DNA of 64,000 bases from the human T2T-CHM13v2.0 reference genome, Homo sapiens: the NCBI RefSeq assembly GCF_009914755.1, contig NC_060930.1, one strand, 5' to 3'. Shown here one piece after another: positions 45,703-57,923 of the stretch. Below the pieces are notes generated by a model. The model searched no databases. It had not been told where the DNA came from and worked only from the letters and a program-made list of their open reading frames with translations. Position numbers and translations under genes: made by a program. How positions within the stretch are numbered: position 1 is the first letter of the stretch; each line of letters opens with the position of its first letter.

Positions 45703-46076
45703 AGTCTTGCTTTGTTTTCTGTTGCTATAACAGGATACCACAGACTGGGTAATTTGTAAGGAACAGAAGTTTATTTGGCACATGGTTCTGGAGTCTAGGA
45801 AGTCCAAGAGCACAACACTAGCATCTGGTGAGGGTCATCCTATGGCAGAAAGGGGAAGGTGGAAGCAAGTGCTCAAAAAAGAGAAAAATGGGGGCTGAAC
45901 TTGTCTTTTTATCATGCCTGTGATAATGAATCCACTCTTGTGATAATGGCATTAATCCACCCAGGAAGGCAGAACCTTCATGACCTAGTCACTTCTTAAA
46001 TGTTCCACCAGTTAATACTGTTACGATGGCAATTAAGTTTCAACATGAGTTTTGGAGGAACATTCAAACCATAGCA
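45703..46076 (-). mobile_element. MaLR solo LTR (MSTB/C/D-like)
   Basis: gttgctataacaggataccacagactgggtaattt...ggcattaatcca...catgagttttggagg aacattcaaaccatagca. Confidence 0.88.
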
Positions 46077-46479
46077 CAAGATGTAGAAAAAGAAGGCAGT
46101 GGTCACCAATTGAGTAAGAAATAAATGTCACTAGTTACAACCTTGTCATACTGGATGTGTTGGATCATCCATTTTGGCCTCCTTTCACCTCCCCACGGGC
46201 CCTTCTCTGAGTCTCTGAGGTCTTCACCCTCTTTTTTGCAATGACCATTACCTAGGGCTTACTCTTCTTATTCCTCAGTTAATGTCTTCTTGTTCATACT
46301 TTAAACTTGTGATCACCACGGACGATACTTTTTAAATGGGTTGTTGTATAATCCTTGCTGCAGCTCAAGGGAAACATTTTCAAGTTCACACTAATATTAT
46401 TTAATGATCATCTGTATCTTGACTGTCATGATCTACATTGGTCACCTGGAAATTTCCTAGAGGAACTGGAGGTGTAGGT

Positions 46480-46640
46480 CCTGGGTAAAATCATGGGCTT
46501 TGAAGCTAGAACCATTGTAAAACATGGCTGTCTTATTTATTAGCTGCGTACCTTTAGCAACTGACCCAATCTTTCCTATCTGTACATTGGGGATGAGACT
46601 ATTACCTACAATACAGAGTAGCTACCAGGATCAAAGGACA
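46480..46640 (+). mobile_element. MIR SINE, 5' part (3' part at ~47130-47195, split by MER119)
   Basis: atcatgggctttgaagctag...tattagctgcgtacctttagcaa...ctttcctatctgtacattggggatgag. Confidence 0.65.
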
Positions 46641-46641
46641 G

Positions 46642-47127
46642 CAGGGGGTCTTAACTTTTTGTGCCATGGATCCATTTGCCAGTCTGGGGAAGCTCTTGGA
46701 ACTTCTTATCAGAATAAATAAATTTGAAATACATAAAAGATTAATAGTATAAAGCCACCCAATCATATTGCTACCAGGATATTTTATAAGCAAAATTGCA
46801 ACTAGTAATAAACATATTAAATAACAAGATCTAAAAGTGGTTTTGTTACCAACAGGAACTTTCAAGTTTGTGATGAGTAAAAAATGATGTTTTGAGATAT
46901 CTGTAACAACTGTAATACAATATCAAAATACTTGTAATTTCTATTGGTGACAAAGACATACATAATTATCACTAACATTACCAAAGTTCACCATTTGTAT
47001 CTATAATGGTAAAAAATGCCAAATTCTAGTTAAAGGTTAGTGAAAATAATATGTAAAATTTTTTCACTTAAGTTCAAAAACCCTCAATTCTAGCCCCAGA
47101 TTTTTGGACCCCAGGCAAATATCGTGG
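46642..47127 (+). mobile_element. MER119-like hAT-Charlie DNA transposon
   Basis: cagggggtcttaactttttgtgccatggatccatttgccagtctgg...ttaaaggttagtgaaaat...tggaccccagg. Confidence 0.75.
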
Positions 47128-47232
47128 ATTGAAGTCATACAGGGTTTAGCACAGTGTTTGGCTAATAGTGAGAGCTCTATAAATTACTCATTACTCAAAC
47201 ATTTTCTCTTAGGAATTGAAAAGATTCCATGC

Positions 47233-47313
47233 TATTAGGATGAACCACATGAAAGTGCCAATTTTATATGTAAAAAATCATATTTCAGTAATTTCATATG
47301 ATTCAGTCTAATT
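47233..47313. mobile_element. MADE2-like mariner MITE (~80-bp hairpin)
   Basis: Inverted termini attaggatgaaccacatgaaagtgc / gtaatttcatatgattcagtctaat. Confidence 0.8.
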
Positions 47314-47869
47314 TAGGAACTCTATAAAGTAACATGTGAAACTTTTAATTCTTCGGTATATACTGAGGGTTTTTTTTCCCTAAGAAAATGTATATTAGCT
47401 TACCGGGTTTTAAAAGGCATAGACCATTTGGAATTCCACATTTGATTATTTCTTTTGTTTTTTTTTTTTCCCAGTATTTGTGGACAAAGACAAATGGACA
47501 CCTTTTGGGGTTATTCTAAGATTTATTATGCTTCTTAACATACTTCTTTATCTTCTTAATTATAGAACATTTGTTATGTCTGGGGCTTACTCATTCCTAA
47601 TGATTCATTTAGACCTAGAAAATCTCTCCCCGATTGCCAAAAACTTTAGTCTTATTAATTTTGAGGGAGTCTATGACCTAACTGCATTTAGGTATCACTT
47701 TAGAAAGATACTTGAAATAAGGTACCCCAATAATCTTCAAATGAGTATCTAGTATAGTCACAGCAATAATCTGTCACCTTGGGCAGCACTACTTTGTTCC
47801 CAGATGCAAAGGATGGTGACGGGAAGGCTTTCAGTTACTTGATACAATGCAAGTTCTTATAACAAAGTG

Positions 47870-48035
47870 TTCTTGCCAGTTTACTTGCCTGTAGACCCAG
47901 TTAGATGGTAAAATCTGAGAGCAGGGAATTAATGCTCTCTCTTGTTCATTTTGGTGTTCCCCAGTACCTAGCTCTGTGCTGGCACAGAGTAAAACACTCA
48001 ATGAACACTCACTAAATGAAAGAATGAAGAGATGA
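47870..48035 (+). mobile_element. L2 3' end
   Basis: ttagatggtaaaatctgagagcaggg...ccccagtacctag...ctggcacagagtaaaacactcaatgaa...aaatgaaagaatgaa. Confidence 0.8.
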
Positions 48036-48214
48036 AGAACTGCTCTTCTTGCTTCCAGTGGATACAAGAGAAGAGTCAGGGGGCTACGATTCTAATTAGG
48101 TTTGTTTTCAACATTCCAGTGTTAGTTTTTACTGTCAGCAATATTGTCAATTCAATAAAGTATAATTACATAAGAGGAAATTAATTTTGTAAGCATTTAA
48201 AATAGTCAGGTTGG

Positions 48215-48423
48215 GCTGGGCGCGGTGGTTTACGCCTATAATCCCAGAACTTTGGGAGGCTGAAGTGGGTGGATTACTTGAGGTCAGGAGTTTGAGACCA
48301 GCCTGACCAACATGGTGAAACCCCATCTCTACTAAAAGTACAAAAATTAGCCAGGTGTGGTGGTGGGCACCTGTAGTCCCAGCTACTCAGGAGGCTGAGG
48401 CAGGAGAATCACTAGAACCCGGA
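48215..48423 (+). mobile_element. AluS (Sx/Sz-like), 3'-truncated
   Basis: Intact left arm and linker; stops at gagaatcactagaacccgga without the rest of the right arm. Confidence 0.93.
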
Positions 48424-48619
48424 AAAAACACCTTTCAAGCATTATCAAGCTCTTCAGAGGCATCTGCTCCCATTCAAACTGCTGATCACATTGTTAAAAA
48501 TTGATAGATTATGGGCAATATTACTACAAGAAATATTAAAATATGCTCATAAGACAACATGAAAATACACCTGGCACATAATGGAGGCTCAAAAATATGA
48601 TAATTGGATTAAGTGAAAA

Positions 48620-49440
48620 ATATCACATTGTTTTAATTTTTGTTCTTTAAAATTTGTGACAAAACTTGAGCATCTTTTCACATATTTATTAACCATGCAT
48701 ATTCCTTTTACTCTGAGCCATCTCCTTCTATATTGATTGCCCTTCTTGTTAAAAATGGGCTCTTCATATTTTTAGTTGTTTTATGAAGGCTCAATCTTTG
48801 GTCCTAAAAACTGATAATAATTTTCCCCTGTTTAACATGTGTCTTTGGGTACGGTTTGTATCAGTATGTATGTTCTTGCCAACTCAATAATAAATATTTT
48901 TAAAGTCTTTCCAGTATATTATAAAAACTATGTGCAGTTTTATTTAGTTCTCTTAATAGTTTAATTTTTTACATTTATGTCTTTGCTACCTCCATTTTGG
49001 GGATAAGGAATTAGGTAGAAATCTAGCTTTACTGTTTCACAAATGGCTATCCAGGTGTCCCAAAAACTTTTTATTGTAAACCTGATTAGAAACCCCAATT
49101 TTACTGAAGTTATCCATAATCTTGTGGTTATTTTTGAGTTCTTTCCATTGAGCTATCTATTGTTGCAAACCACAATTACAGTTGGTTTATCCACACTTGT
49201 GTTTTTCTTTCCCAGAATTTTCTTTGCTATTCTCAAATGTTTATTTTTTGGATAAACTTTACAGTCATTTTGCAAGTTTGCCTGAACTTGTGATTTTGCT
49301 TTGGATTTTATGAGCATTTAACTCAGTGCCTGACATATGGTAAGATCTCTTTAAGTGTGAAAATATAATTGTAATTATTACATCAAATATAATGACAAAT
49401 ATGAAGAGGATTAACATCTTTGCAATATTGTCTTCCTAAG
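48620..49440 (-). mobile_element. Ancient L1ME-class fragment
   Basis: ttgagcatcttttcacatatttattaacc...aaatggctatccag...ctttgctattctc...attaacatctttgcaatattg. Confidence 0.65.
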
Positions 49441-49457
49441 ATTTGGATAGGAAATTT

Positions 49458-50101
49458 ACCCATCTGCTCATAGGGAAAAACTATGCTCTTTCTTCATGTT
49501 CCTAGTGTTCACTAGAGTGCTTGTATAGAGCACATACTTAGTAAATATTTGTGAATTGCATTGGTAGTATCTAATTAATTTGCCAGTAGGTATTGTTAAA
49601 ATACTTTAATATTCCTGTGATTTCAGCTCTTTATAATTCTCTGAATTTCTGTTGCAAAGTTTGGCATTGTTTTCTGACAGTTTCATAGATGTTCATACTT
49701 TTTTTCTCTTATACTTTTAATAGATTGTGAGCTCCTGGAAATAGACACAATTTCTTTCATTTATTTGGCACCCTCCACCCTACTCCCATGACCCCCTCAG
49801 ACTTAAGACAATTCTCATACTTTCCTAAATGTTTGTGAGATTTGATTATCTTTTGAGATATTGATTTATATTTTCTCTGGTATTATCCTCACCTTTCATT
49901 TTCTTCCATTCAAGAAGGCAGCAGGCTTCCTTCTTGCTAGGGAAGGGTTGAGGCCATGTGTAAGGCAGCTGTAGAACACCAGTCATTGTGGGTTTATTCT
50001 CTAAAGGCCTAAACACTTAGGTGAATGGAGTAAGTTTGGTAGGTACATGAATGGGATTCCTAGATGTAGACAGAGCAATTGGAGAGGTGGGGAGAGCAGG
50101 T
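49458..50101 (+). repeat. Inverted duplication, arm A
   Basis: Reverse complement aligns along its length to 55581-56319; perfect blocks of 58, 43 and 70 bp. Confidence 0.95.
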
Positions 50102-50199
50102 AGTTGAAACGTTTTTCTAGCCTGCTCACTGTCCTGTCTTGCAGCTGCTATCTTATACCTTCCTTGACCTCCTTCCCCAGTGTCTACATTGTTGTGGAG

Positions 50200-51500
50200 T
50201 AAATAGATGTCACCTGACTACAACTCCTTCATTTTCCTCCACCCACCCTTGTAAGCCTATCTCCATTTGCATTCCTTCTCTCCCTCTTTACCCATTATAA
50301 ATAAATCATATCCATATTGTGGAATCCAGTGGTCACTTCCATACCTTGTCTGACTTGACACCTCACAAGAGCATTTAACAGGGCTTACTATTAAATATTT
50401 CCTTTTTGAAACACTCTCTTCCCTTCGCTTCCCCATGCCCCTCCTGGATTTCCTCTCCCTTTCCGACTGCTCCTTCTGAATCTCCTTGCCATCTCCTTCT
50501 CCTCTCCTTGCACTTTAAATGTTCAAGTCCATCAGGAATTTCCTTTGGGCCACTTCTTTTCATTCTCTTCCCACTCTCCTTTAATGACCATACTATCCCC
50601 TTGACTTTCAATATCAACAATATGCCAAGGACCTAACACCTTTATCCTTGGCTTATGCCTCCTTTCCTGGGTTCCAGTTGGAGAGATCTCCTTGCCTACT
50701 TGAAGTCTCCACTTGGAAGTCTCACTGGTGTCTTATCTTAGATTTGAAGCTGAACCAAACCATCTCCTCCCCACTTCAGATCCCCTGTTTCTCCAGTCCT
50801 CCCCACCTAAGAATAGGGCTTCTTCATCCATTCCAATTGTCCATGCCAAGACTTGGATGTAATCTTTGATACCAACATTTCACATTCAAATCACTACCAA
50901 AGTGATTTGCCCAGTATCTCCTGAATCCAATAACATACCTCTCCCATCCAATTCCAAGGACCCCCATCAGAAACCTGGACCCCTGCAATAGTTTTTTTTC
51001 CTGAAGCTTTAGGGTATCCTTTCTCAACCAAGCTGTTCTCTGCCTAAATGTCAAAGTTAATAGTTTATAAATATAAATTTGATAGTTTTACTGTCTTGCT
51101 TAAAGCATTTTAGTGGCTTCCCATTATCCTCATAATTACTATAATCCACAAGGTTCAGTATGACCTGTCACCAAGCTATTTCTCCAGCATTACCTTCTGT
51201 CAACCTTCCTGGTGATTAACCTTTTCTGTCCATGCCAAGGCACCACTCCTTCAAAGGTATGCTCTATCTTTCACCACTCTTTCTGTTGGGCCAAATCCTA
51301 CTCTTAGTTAGGCTTCACGTTAAATGTTACATTTTTGGAGAAGCCTTTCTTGACCCTTGAGTACAGATGAGGTTCTCTTGTTATATGTGCCTAGGGCACC
51401 TGATACTTTAACTACATTATAGTAGTTATTATACAATTTTTTGTGTTTATTTATAATCTGTTTCTATTACTAGACTGTATTCTACATGATGTCAAGATAA
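50200..51500 (+). mobile_element. L2 LINE remnant
   Basis: aatccagtggtcac...gcatttaaca...gtctccacttggaagtctc...cttgcttaaagcattttagtggcttccc...actagactgt. Confidence 0.8.
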
Positions 51501-51504
51501 TTTT

Positions 51505-51835
51505 TAAAAACTTATTTTAAACTAGAGTCACATGCAGTTGGAAGACATAGTGTAGAGAGATCCTGTGTACACTTCACCCAGTTTCTTCCAGTGGCAACAT
51601 CTAGAATTTAACATTTAACACAACCAAGAAATTAACATTAATAATATCCACCAACTTTTTACCAGTTTTACATATGCTCATTTGCATGTGTGTATGTATA
51701 TATGTGTGTGGTTAGTTCTATGCAGTTTTATCACATGTAGATTTGTATGACTACCACCACAGCAAAAATACAGAGCAGTCCATCACAGAATCCCTCATGC
51801 TTCCCTTTTATGGTCAGTTATCTCCCTCCCTATAA
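51505..51835 (-). mobile_element. L1MD-like 3'UTR fragment
   Basis: gtcacatgcagttggaagacatagtgtagagagatcctgtgtacacttcacccagtttc...gttctatgcagttttatcacatgtagattt. Confidence 0.75.
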
Positions 51836-51845
51836 TTTTTAAAAC

Positions 51846-51898
<53 letters not shown>
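51846..51898. repeat. Compound (AT)n(AC)n microsatellite
   Basis: About 8 AT units then about 18 AC units. Confidence 0.95.
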
Positions 51899-51899
<1 letters not shown>

Positions 51900-52359
51900 C
51901 AATAGCCCACTTTAAAATAATAAAAACAGGCTTTTGTCATAACAGAAAACACATATATACACCGTGATAAAACTTAGCAAGATATGTCAAGAAACTGTAG
52001 ACATATAAAATGAAAAATTTATCATCACATAGATGAGTCAAACGTTTAGAAATGTTTTTAAGTGAACTACATTTTTTATATATTTTGTATATTCAGCTTT
52101 GTAAATCTATTCTCCACCCCTCTTATCAGTGTATCAGAATACCTAAGACTAAAGGAAAGCTATAATAGCAAGAGTTCTTTCCTAAGCATATTTTAGGGTG
52201 TGGTCTACCAACTTGAAAGGAATAGGAAAAAGCTGTGAGAGACTGTAAGTCTCTGTGAGCAAGCAATTTCTAAGAAATAAATGCTAAGCTTAATCTCAGA
52301 ATTCACTTTCTAAAAATAAGTAGCTGGTCATGAAGAGTGGGTTATAAGCTGAGACTAAC

Positions 52360-52708
52360 TGTATTAGTCTGTGTTCACACTGTTGATAAAGATGTACCCA
52401 AGACTGGGCAATTTACAAAAGAAAGAGGTTTAATGGAATTCCACATAGCAAGGGAGACCTCACAATCATGGCAAAAAGCAAGGAGGACAAAGTCATGTCT
52501 CACATGGATGGCAGCAGGCAAAGAGAGAGAGCTTTTGCAGGAGAACTCCTCTTTATAAACCATCAGATCTCATGAGACTTATTCACTATCAGGACAACAG
52601 CTTGGGAAAGACTTGCCCCCATGATTCAATTACCTCCCATCAGCTCCCTCCCACAACACATGGGAATTCAGGATGAGATGTGGGTGCAGACACAGCCAAA
52701 CCATATCA
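52360..52708 (-). mobile_element. THE1 (B/C-like) MaLR solo LTR
   Basis: tgtattagtc...catggatggcagcaggcaaagagag...gacacagccaaaccatatca; 5-bp TSD ctaac. Confidence 0.95.
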
Positions 52709-52894
52709 CTAACTTATTATCTTGTCAAACCCCAATGTTTTAATAAAGGAAATATTTTTTTTTCATTCTAATGTATTAATCAGGATAGAAATAAAAATAG
52801 GTAAAGTGAGAAAGATGAAAACATATGAAATTATTTTGTCAAATTATAACATTCTTCTTTGACATAAAGGCTTATGTTTCCATTGTTTTATGGG

Positions 52895-53140
52895 AGGGAG
52901 CAATTGTGGAGAAATGTGCATGATTATGGAAATTAGACCTAGCTGCAAATGGCTTCAACTTACTAGGTTGTGTGGAACCATGGGCAATTTACTTAATTTC
53001 TCTCAGTTTCAGTTTCTTCACCTGGAAACAGGACTCGTGCTCATCACATTTGTACTCTTATATTGGTTAAATGAGATAATACGTTAAAACAAGGACTATA
53101 GGCACTGCCTTAGTATTTGACACACAGCAGGTTCTCAGAA
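52895..53140 (+). mobile_element. MIR SINE
   Basis: ttactaggttgtgtggaaccatgggcaatttacttaatttctctcagtttcagtttcttcacctggaaa. Confidence 0.8.
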
Positions 53141-53453
53141 AGAAGACAAAGAAATAAGGGAAAGGAAGAAAGAAAAAGAGAAAAGAAAAATATGTTGATT
53201 TCCCACAATACTCTTTCCACCTGGTTTCTTCTGAGATAGGTTTCTTTAGAAGGATCTAGTTTACATTAAACATCGTCAACCCTAAGCCTAAATCTGAATG
53301 CAGAAGTTTGGTAACTACGGCTTGTAGTACAGATCAATAAAAGAAAAAAAGACATTCAGACAATCACCTTTTCTGAAGTTCTTGTATGTTAGTCCATACT
53401 AAGACTTTCTGTTCCTCCTGGTGAAAAGATACCTGTCTACTTCCCACACACTC

Positions 53454-53815
53454 TGTATTAGTCCATTCTCACACTGCTATAAAGAACTACCTGAGACTGG
53501 GTAATTTATGGAGAAAAGAGCTTTGACTCACAGTTCCTCAGGCTTCACAGGAGGCATGACTGGAGGCCTCAGGAAACTTACAGTCATGGTGGAAGGCGAA
53601 GGGGAAGCAAAGACCTTCCTCACGTGGCAGCAGGAGAGAAAGAGTGAAGAGGGAAGTTCCAGACACTTTTAAACCATCAGATCCAGTGAGAGCTCACTCA
53701 CTAGCACTAGAACAGCATGGGGGAAATCCACTCCCATTATCCAATCACCTCCCATCAGGCCCTTCCTCCAATTGGACATGAGAGTTGGGTGGGAACACAA
53801 ATCCAAACCATTTCA
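53454..53815 (-). mobile_element. MSTA/THE1D-like MaLR solo LTR
   Basis: tgtattagtccattctcacactgctataaagaactacctgagactggg...aaatccaaaccatttca; imperfect TSD cactc/ccctc. Confidence 0.93.
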
Positions 53816-54869
53816 CCCTCAAAGTGAAGTACCAATTAAAATGCCCATTGAAATCACAGATGTTGGATCACTAACCACCCCCCTCCCCATGTTTCTCCAT
53901 TGAAATGATGGAACAAGAACGTGACTCTAATACTTTCCACCTGGCTCTCATTGAAGACCTGATCAACTACCACCTGAGAACTGTCTCCCTTGATTATCTT
54001 GTGAAACTACTGGGATCTTCCATCAAGCCCTGGATTTTCCTCAGTCAGACCCAGAGAGTTTCAAAGCAAACCTCCTTAAGGGAGTGGCTAGGATTCACCT
54101 AGCAATCCTTGAGATTGCTGTTTTCCCCTTGGGTGACCCTGTCTGGTTCTGAGTTCACGTTGCCTTTCCTTATCTCTGTGCTTTCCTAAAGCTGAACACC
54201 AGAAACATTTACCAACTTGACTGAGAATGAACTTGAAGTCACCAAGCTCAAATCTCCTGTGAGCCAAATCATTATTTAATTATGTTGGTGGATGTGGGAG
54301 AAAAGAGCAAAACCACTTAAATATGGACGATAATAGTCCCTGACTTCACCTCTACTTGTGAGAAATAATCACTCTTTCTGGTGACACATACAGTAAGTCA
54401 GAAGATTGCCATTTACTGCTCTTGCTTTTAGTGTATTCCTCATCATTATATATGGCATTCCATCCATCATTAAAAAATTGAATTTCATTGACATATAGGT
54501 TATAAATTCATCTTGGGAGAAATGACTCCTTTTCTGGCTTGTGTATATGTGAATATATACAATTTAACTCAACCTTAGTTGTAATAGACAGTATCTCATA
54601 ACTTATTTGTGTTTTCATCTTTTCTACACTTTTTAATGTTCAAAGGTCTCTGAATGCATGAATTTCTTCCTATTTTATATTTTTTTAGTTGAGAATTTTT
54701 AACACTGGGGAAGTGTTTTTGACTATTCTTAAATAGTGCTGAATTTTCCTTAGAAGTATTAATTTTTAAAAGAAAAATATTTTTTATTATTGTCAAAACT
54801 ATAATATATGATCAATACTAATTAGTCAACATGAATGTTAAGGTTCTTCAGTCTCAAAAAAGGCTTATG

Positions 54870-55070
54870 CTGTTAATATATGATAGCTACCATTGCAAAG
54901 TACTTTATAGATATTAGCTCAATTTATCTTCACATCAACCCAACAAGGTAGATAATATTAACATTATTTTATCTATTTTAAAAATATTTGATACATCTGG
55001 GACAAAAAACAGTGAAATAATTTTCTCAAAGTTATACAACTAATTAGTAACAGAGCTGGGATCCAGTATT
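54870..55070 (-). mobile_element. MIR SINE
   Basis: atattagctcaatttatcttcacatcaaccc aacaaggtag...ctaattagtaacagagctgggat. Confidence 0.7.
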
Positions 55071-55580
55071 ATGCAATGTATTCCCTTTTAATGTAATGAG
55101 ACCTGAGCTTTTTTCCCCCTTGTTAGATGTGTTAGACAATTATTTTTTCAAGTTTACATAACTGACAGATTAATCAATTAAACAAATGTGGGAGAAATAA
55201 AACCCCACATATTCAGGTAAGCATGAACACCTCGGGTTACAAGACTTTAATTTCAGATTCCAAACTCTATTATTCTCAATCCTTCTAGTATCTTCACCCC
55301 AATCCTTTTAATACTCAAGAATGCAGTGGACATTGCTTAGAAATTTAAGACAATGCCATGAGGACAGGGGCTTTTTGTAAGACCACTGCTGGCCAGTGTG
55401 GCTAGATGAATCTTGTAGCCATTTTTCTTGGAGGGTTTGCCACATCCTCGGAATTGCTGCCTTGCATGCATGACCTGGGTCCACACTACTCCTGGACCTG
55501 CAGACCTCTTTTTGTTTTCTCCCTGCATTTCTCACCCCATCTCTCTTAGCTGGAGGCAGTGAAATGGAGGCCTGGCCATC

Positions 55581-56319
55581 ACTTGCTCTCCCCACCTCTC
55601 CAGTTGCTCCGTCTATATTTAGGAATCCCATTCATGTACCTACCAAACTTACTCCATTCACCTAAGTGTTTAGGCCTTTAGAGAATAAAACCACAACCAC
55701 TGGTGCTCTACTGCTGCCTTACACCTGGCCCCAACCCTTCCCTGAGCCCATCAAGTTTGGAGCTAGCTGCTTTCTTGAATGGAAGAAAATGAGGGGTGAG
55801 GATAATGCCAGAGACAATATAAGTCAATATCTCAAAAGATAATCAAATCTCACAAACATTTAGGAAGTATGAGAACTGTCTTAAATCTGAGGGGCCATGG
55901 GAATGGGGTGGAGGGTGCGAAAAAATAAAAAAAATTGTGTCTGTTTCTAGGAGCTCATAATCTATTAATAGTTGGGATAAAAAAAAATAAACATCTATGA
56001 AACTGTCAGAAAACAATGCCAAACTCGAGATCCCGCCACTGCACTCCAGCCTGGGCAACAGAGCGAGACTCCGTCTCAAAAAAAAAAAAAAAAAAAGAAA
56101 ACAATGCCAAACTTTGCAACAGAAATTCAGAGAGGAGAATTATAAAGAGCTGAAATCACAGGAATATTAAAGTATTTTAACAATACCTACTGCCAAATTA
56201 ATTAGATACTCCCACTGCAATTCAAAAATATTTACTAAGTATGTGCTATATACCAAGCACTCTAGTGAGTCTAGAAACACGAAGAGGAAGCACAGTTTTA
56301 CCCTACAGGCAGAGAGGGT
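55581..56319 (-). repeat. Inverted duplication, arm B (contains the Alu fragment)
   Basis: Reverse complement of 49458-50101 plus an Alu fragment with TSD. Confidence 0.95.
56026..56096 (+). mobile_element. Severely 5'-truncated AluY (Ya5-like): 52-bp body + A19
   Basis: cgagatcccgccactgcactccagcctgggcaacagagcgagactccgtctc; exact 18-bp TSD agaaaacaatgccaaact (56008-56025, 56096-56113). Confidence 0.92.
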
Positions 56320-57564
56320 GATGATGACGAGGGTGATGATGTGGAAGAGAAGAGGGTAAGACATTGGAAAATGCATTTTAAAGGTTGTAGTTTTGAGCTG
56401 GGTTTTAAAGAAAGAGTGGAATTTTGCAGTGGAATTATGATGAGAGAAAACACTATGTGCAAAGGCAATGATAGAATTGATCCAGTTTTGAGCCATTCCT
56501 TTTCCATCAAGCTTGGGATTGAGTCTTGTTAGTAAAATCAGACAGCATTTGTGGAGAGAAGGGGTGTTTTCATCAGATACACCTTGGTTAGAGACCTGTA
56601 TATAAGACATGAAGGAATACAAAGCGATCCTTTGAGGATGAGACTTGAAACAGAGACCAAAGCTTGCAAAACCATCTACATTATGACTGAAGCAGACAAA
56701 TGATTTAAGGTCAAAATTGTGTAATACTTATTTGTTTGAATCCCTGTGTTTCAAGATAGGATCATGGTCAGGTTGATGAAACAGTAACTCTGCAAAGGCC
56801 CTAAAGGGCTAAAGAAGAGACCACCGACTATTCCAGCAAGTTTGGAAGAATCCATGCTAAGATCATCTTATAGACTAATTCCAGCCCCCGGGCCCTACCA
56901 GTAGCCTACTCTTAGCTCCCCTCCCACTTTTTTTTTTTTTTTTTCCAACAAATTCCCTGGTTCTTTTGTTTTGTATTTTCCCTTGCTGCAACAGGTTAAA
57001 TCAGTCTCACTTTTTTCCCTCCACACTACCGGTGTGTTCCTGATGGTCTCTGGACAGAGGGTTTTATTAAATGAGGTCTCATCAAGATTCATCTGAAACC
57101 CTTGCTGCTATGGACCAGGACTTGCTGATATCCACAGCTGAGAGCCTTTGAGTCTCCGCTTCCTTGAGGCTACTTAGAAGCCAAGTCTCACTACCAATAT
57201 GAGCTCCAAATATTTTGTCGAGCCGTTTAGCACTAATTTATTGTGTTTGTCTCATGGATGAAATCTCCCAGGACTTTTTGTTTGCTTTCTCATATTTGTA
57301 CTTGTTCTCTTGAAGCTGTGCCAAAGTATTAATTAGCCACTAGTCCGCCTATTTACTGTCTGTGTATGGACCTCCACAAGCACAGGGGCTCTTGTCCTTT
57401 TGTTGGGGATGAACATTTGTTGAATCATTTGGCACGACAGAACCTAGTAGTAGAATGTCACACTCTGGAAATCATACATTTTTGGCAACATGGCCAAAAC
57501 AGTAAGACCAGGATCATTATGGAAGTTTGAAACATTTTCCATGTGCCCCACAATCAATTGAAAT

Positions 57565-57923
57565 TTCTTTCTCTTCACTGGAGAAAGCCAGCTACCATGT
57601 GATGAGGACAGTCAAATGGCCCCAGGAAGAGGCTCATGTAGCGACGAGCCTCCTGCCAACAACCAGCATTAACTTGCTCGTCCTGCAAGTGGCTGCTATG
57701 AAAGCAGATCCTGAAGCCTCAGTCCAACCTTTAGATGAGCTGCAACATCATCTGAGAGACAACATCTCAACTGCAACCTCCTGAGAGACACCAACCAGAA
57801 CAGTCTAGCTAAGCCACTCCCAAATTTCTAACCTACAGTACTCCGTCTGAGAAAATAAATGTTCGTTTGCTTTAAGCCACCAAGTTTGTGTAACTTGTTA
57901 TACAGCAACAGATAACTAATACA
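57565..57923 (+). mobile_element. MLT1F-like MaLR LTR, 3' part
   Basis: gaaagccagctaccatgtgatgagg...gcaacctcctgagagac...aaataaatgttc...cagataactaataca. Confidence 0.85.
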
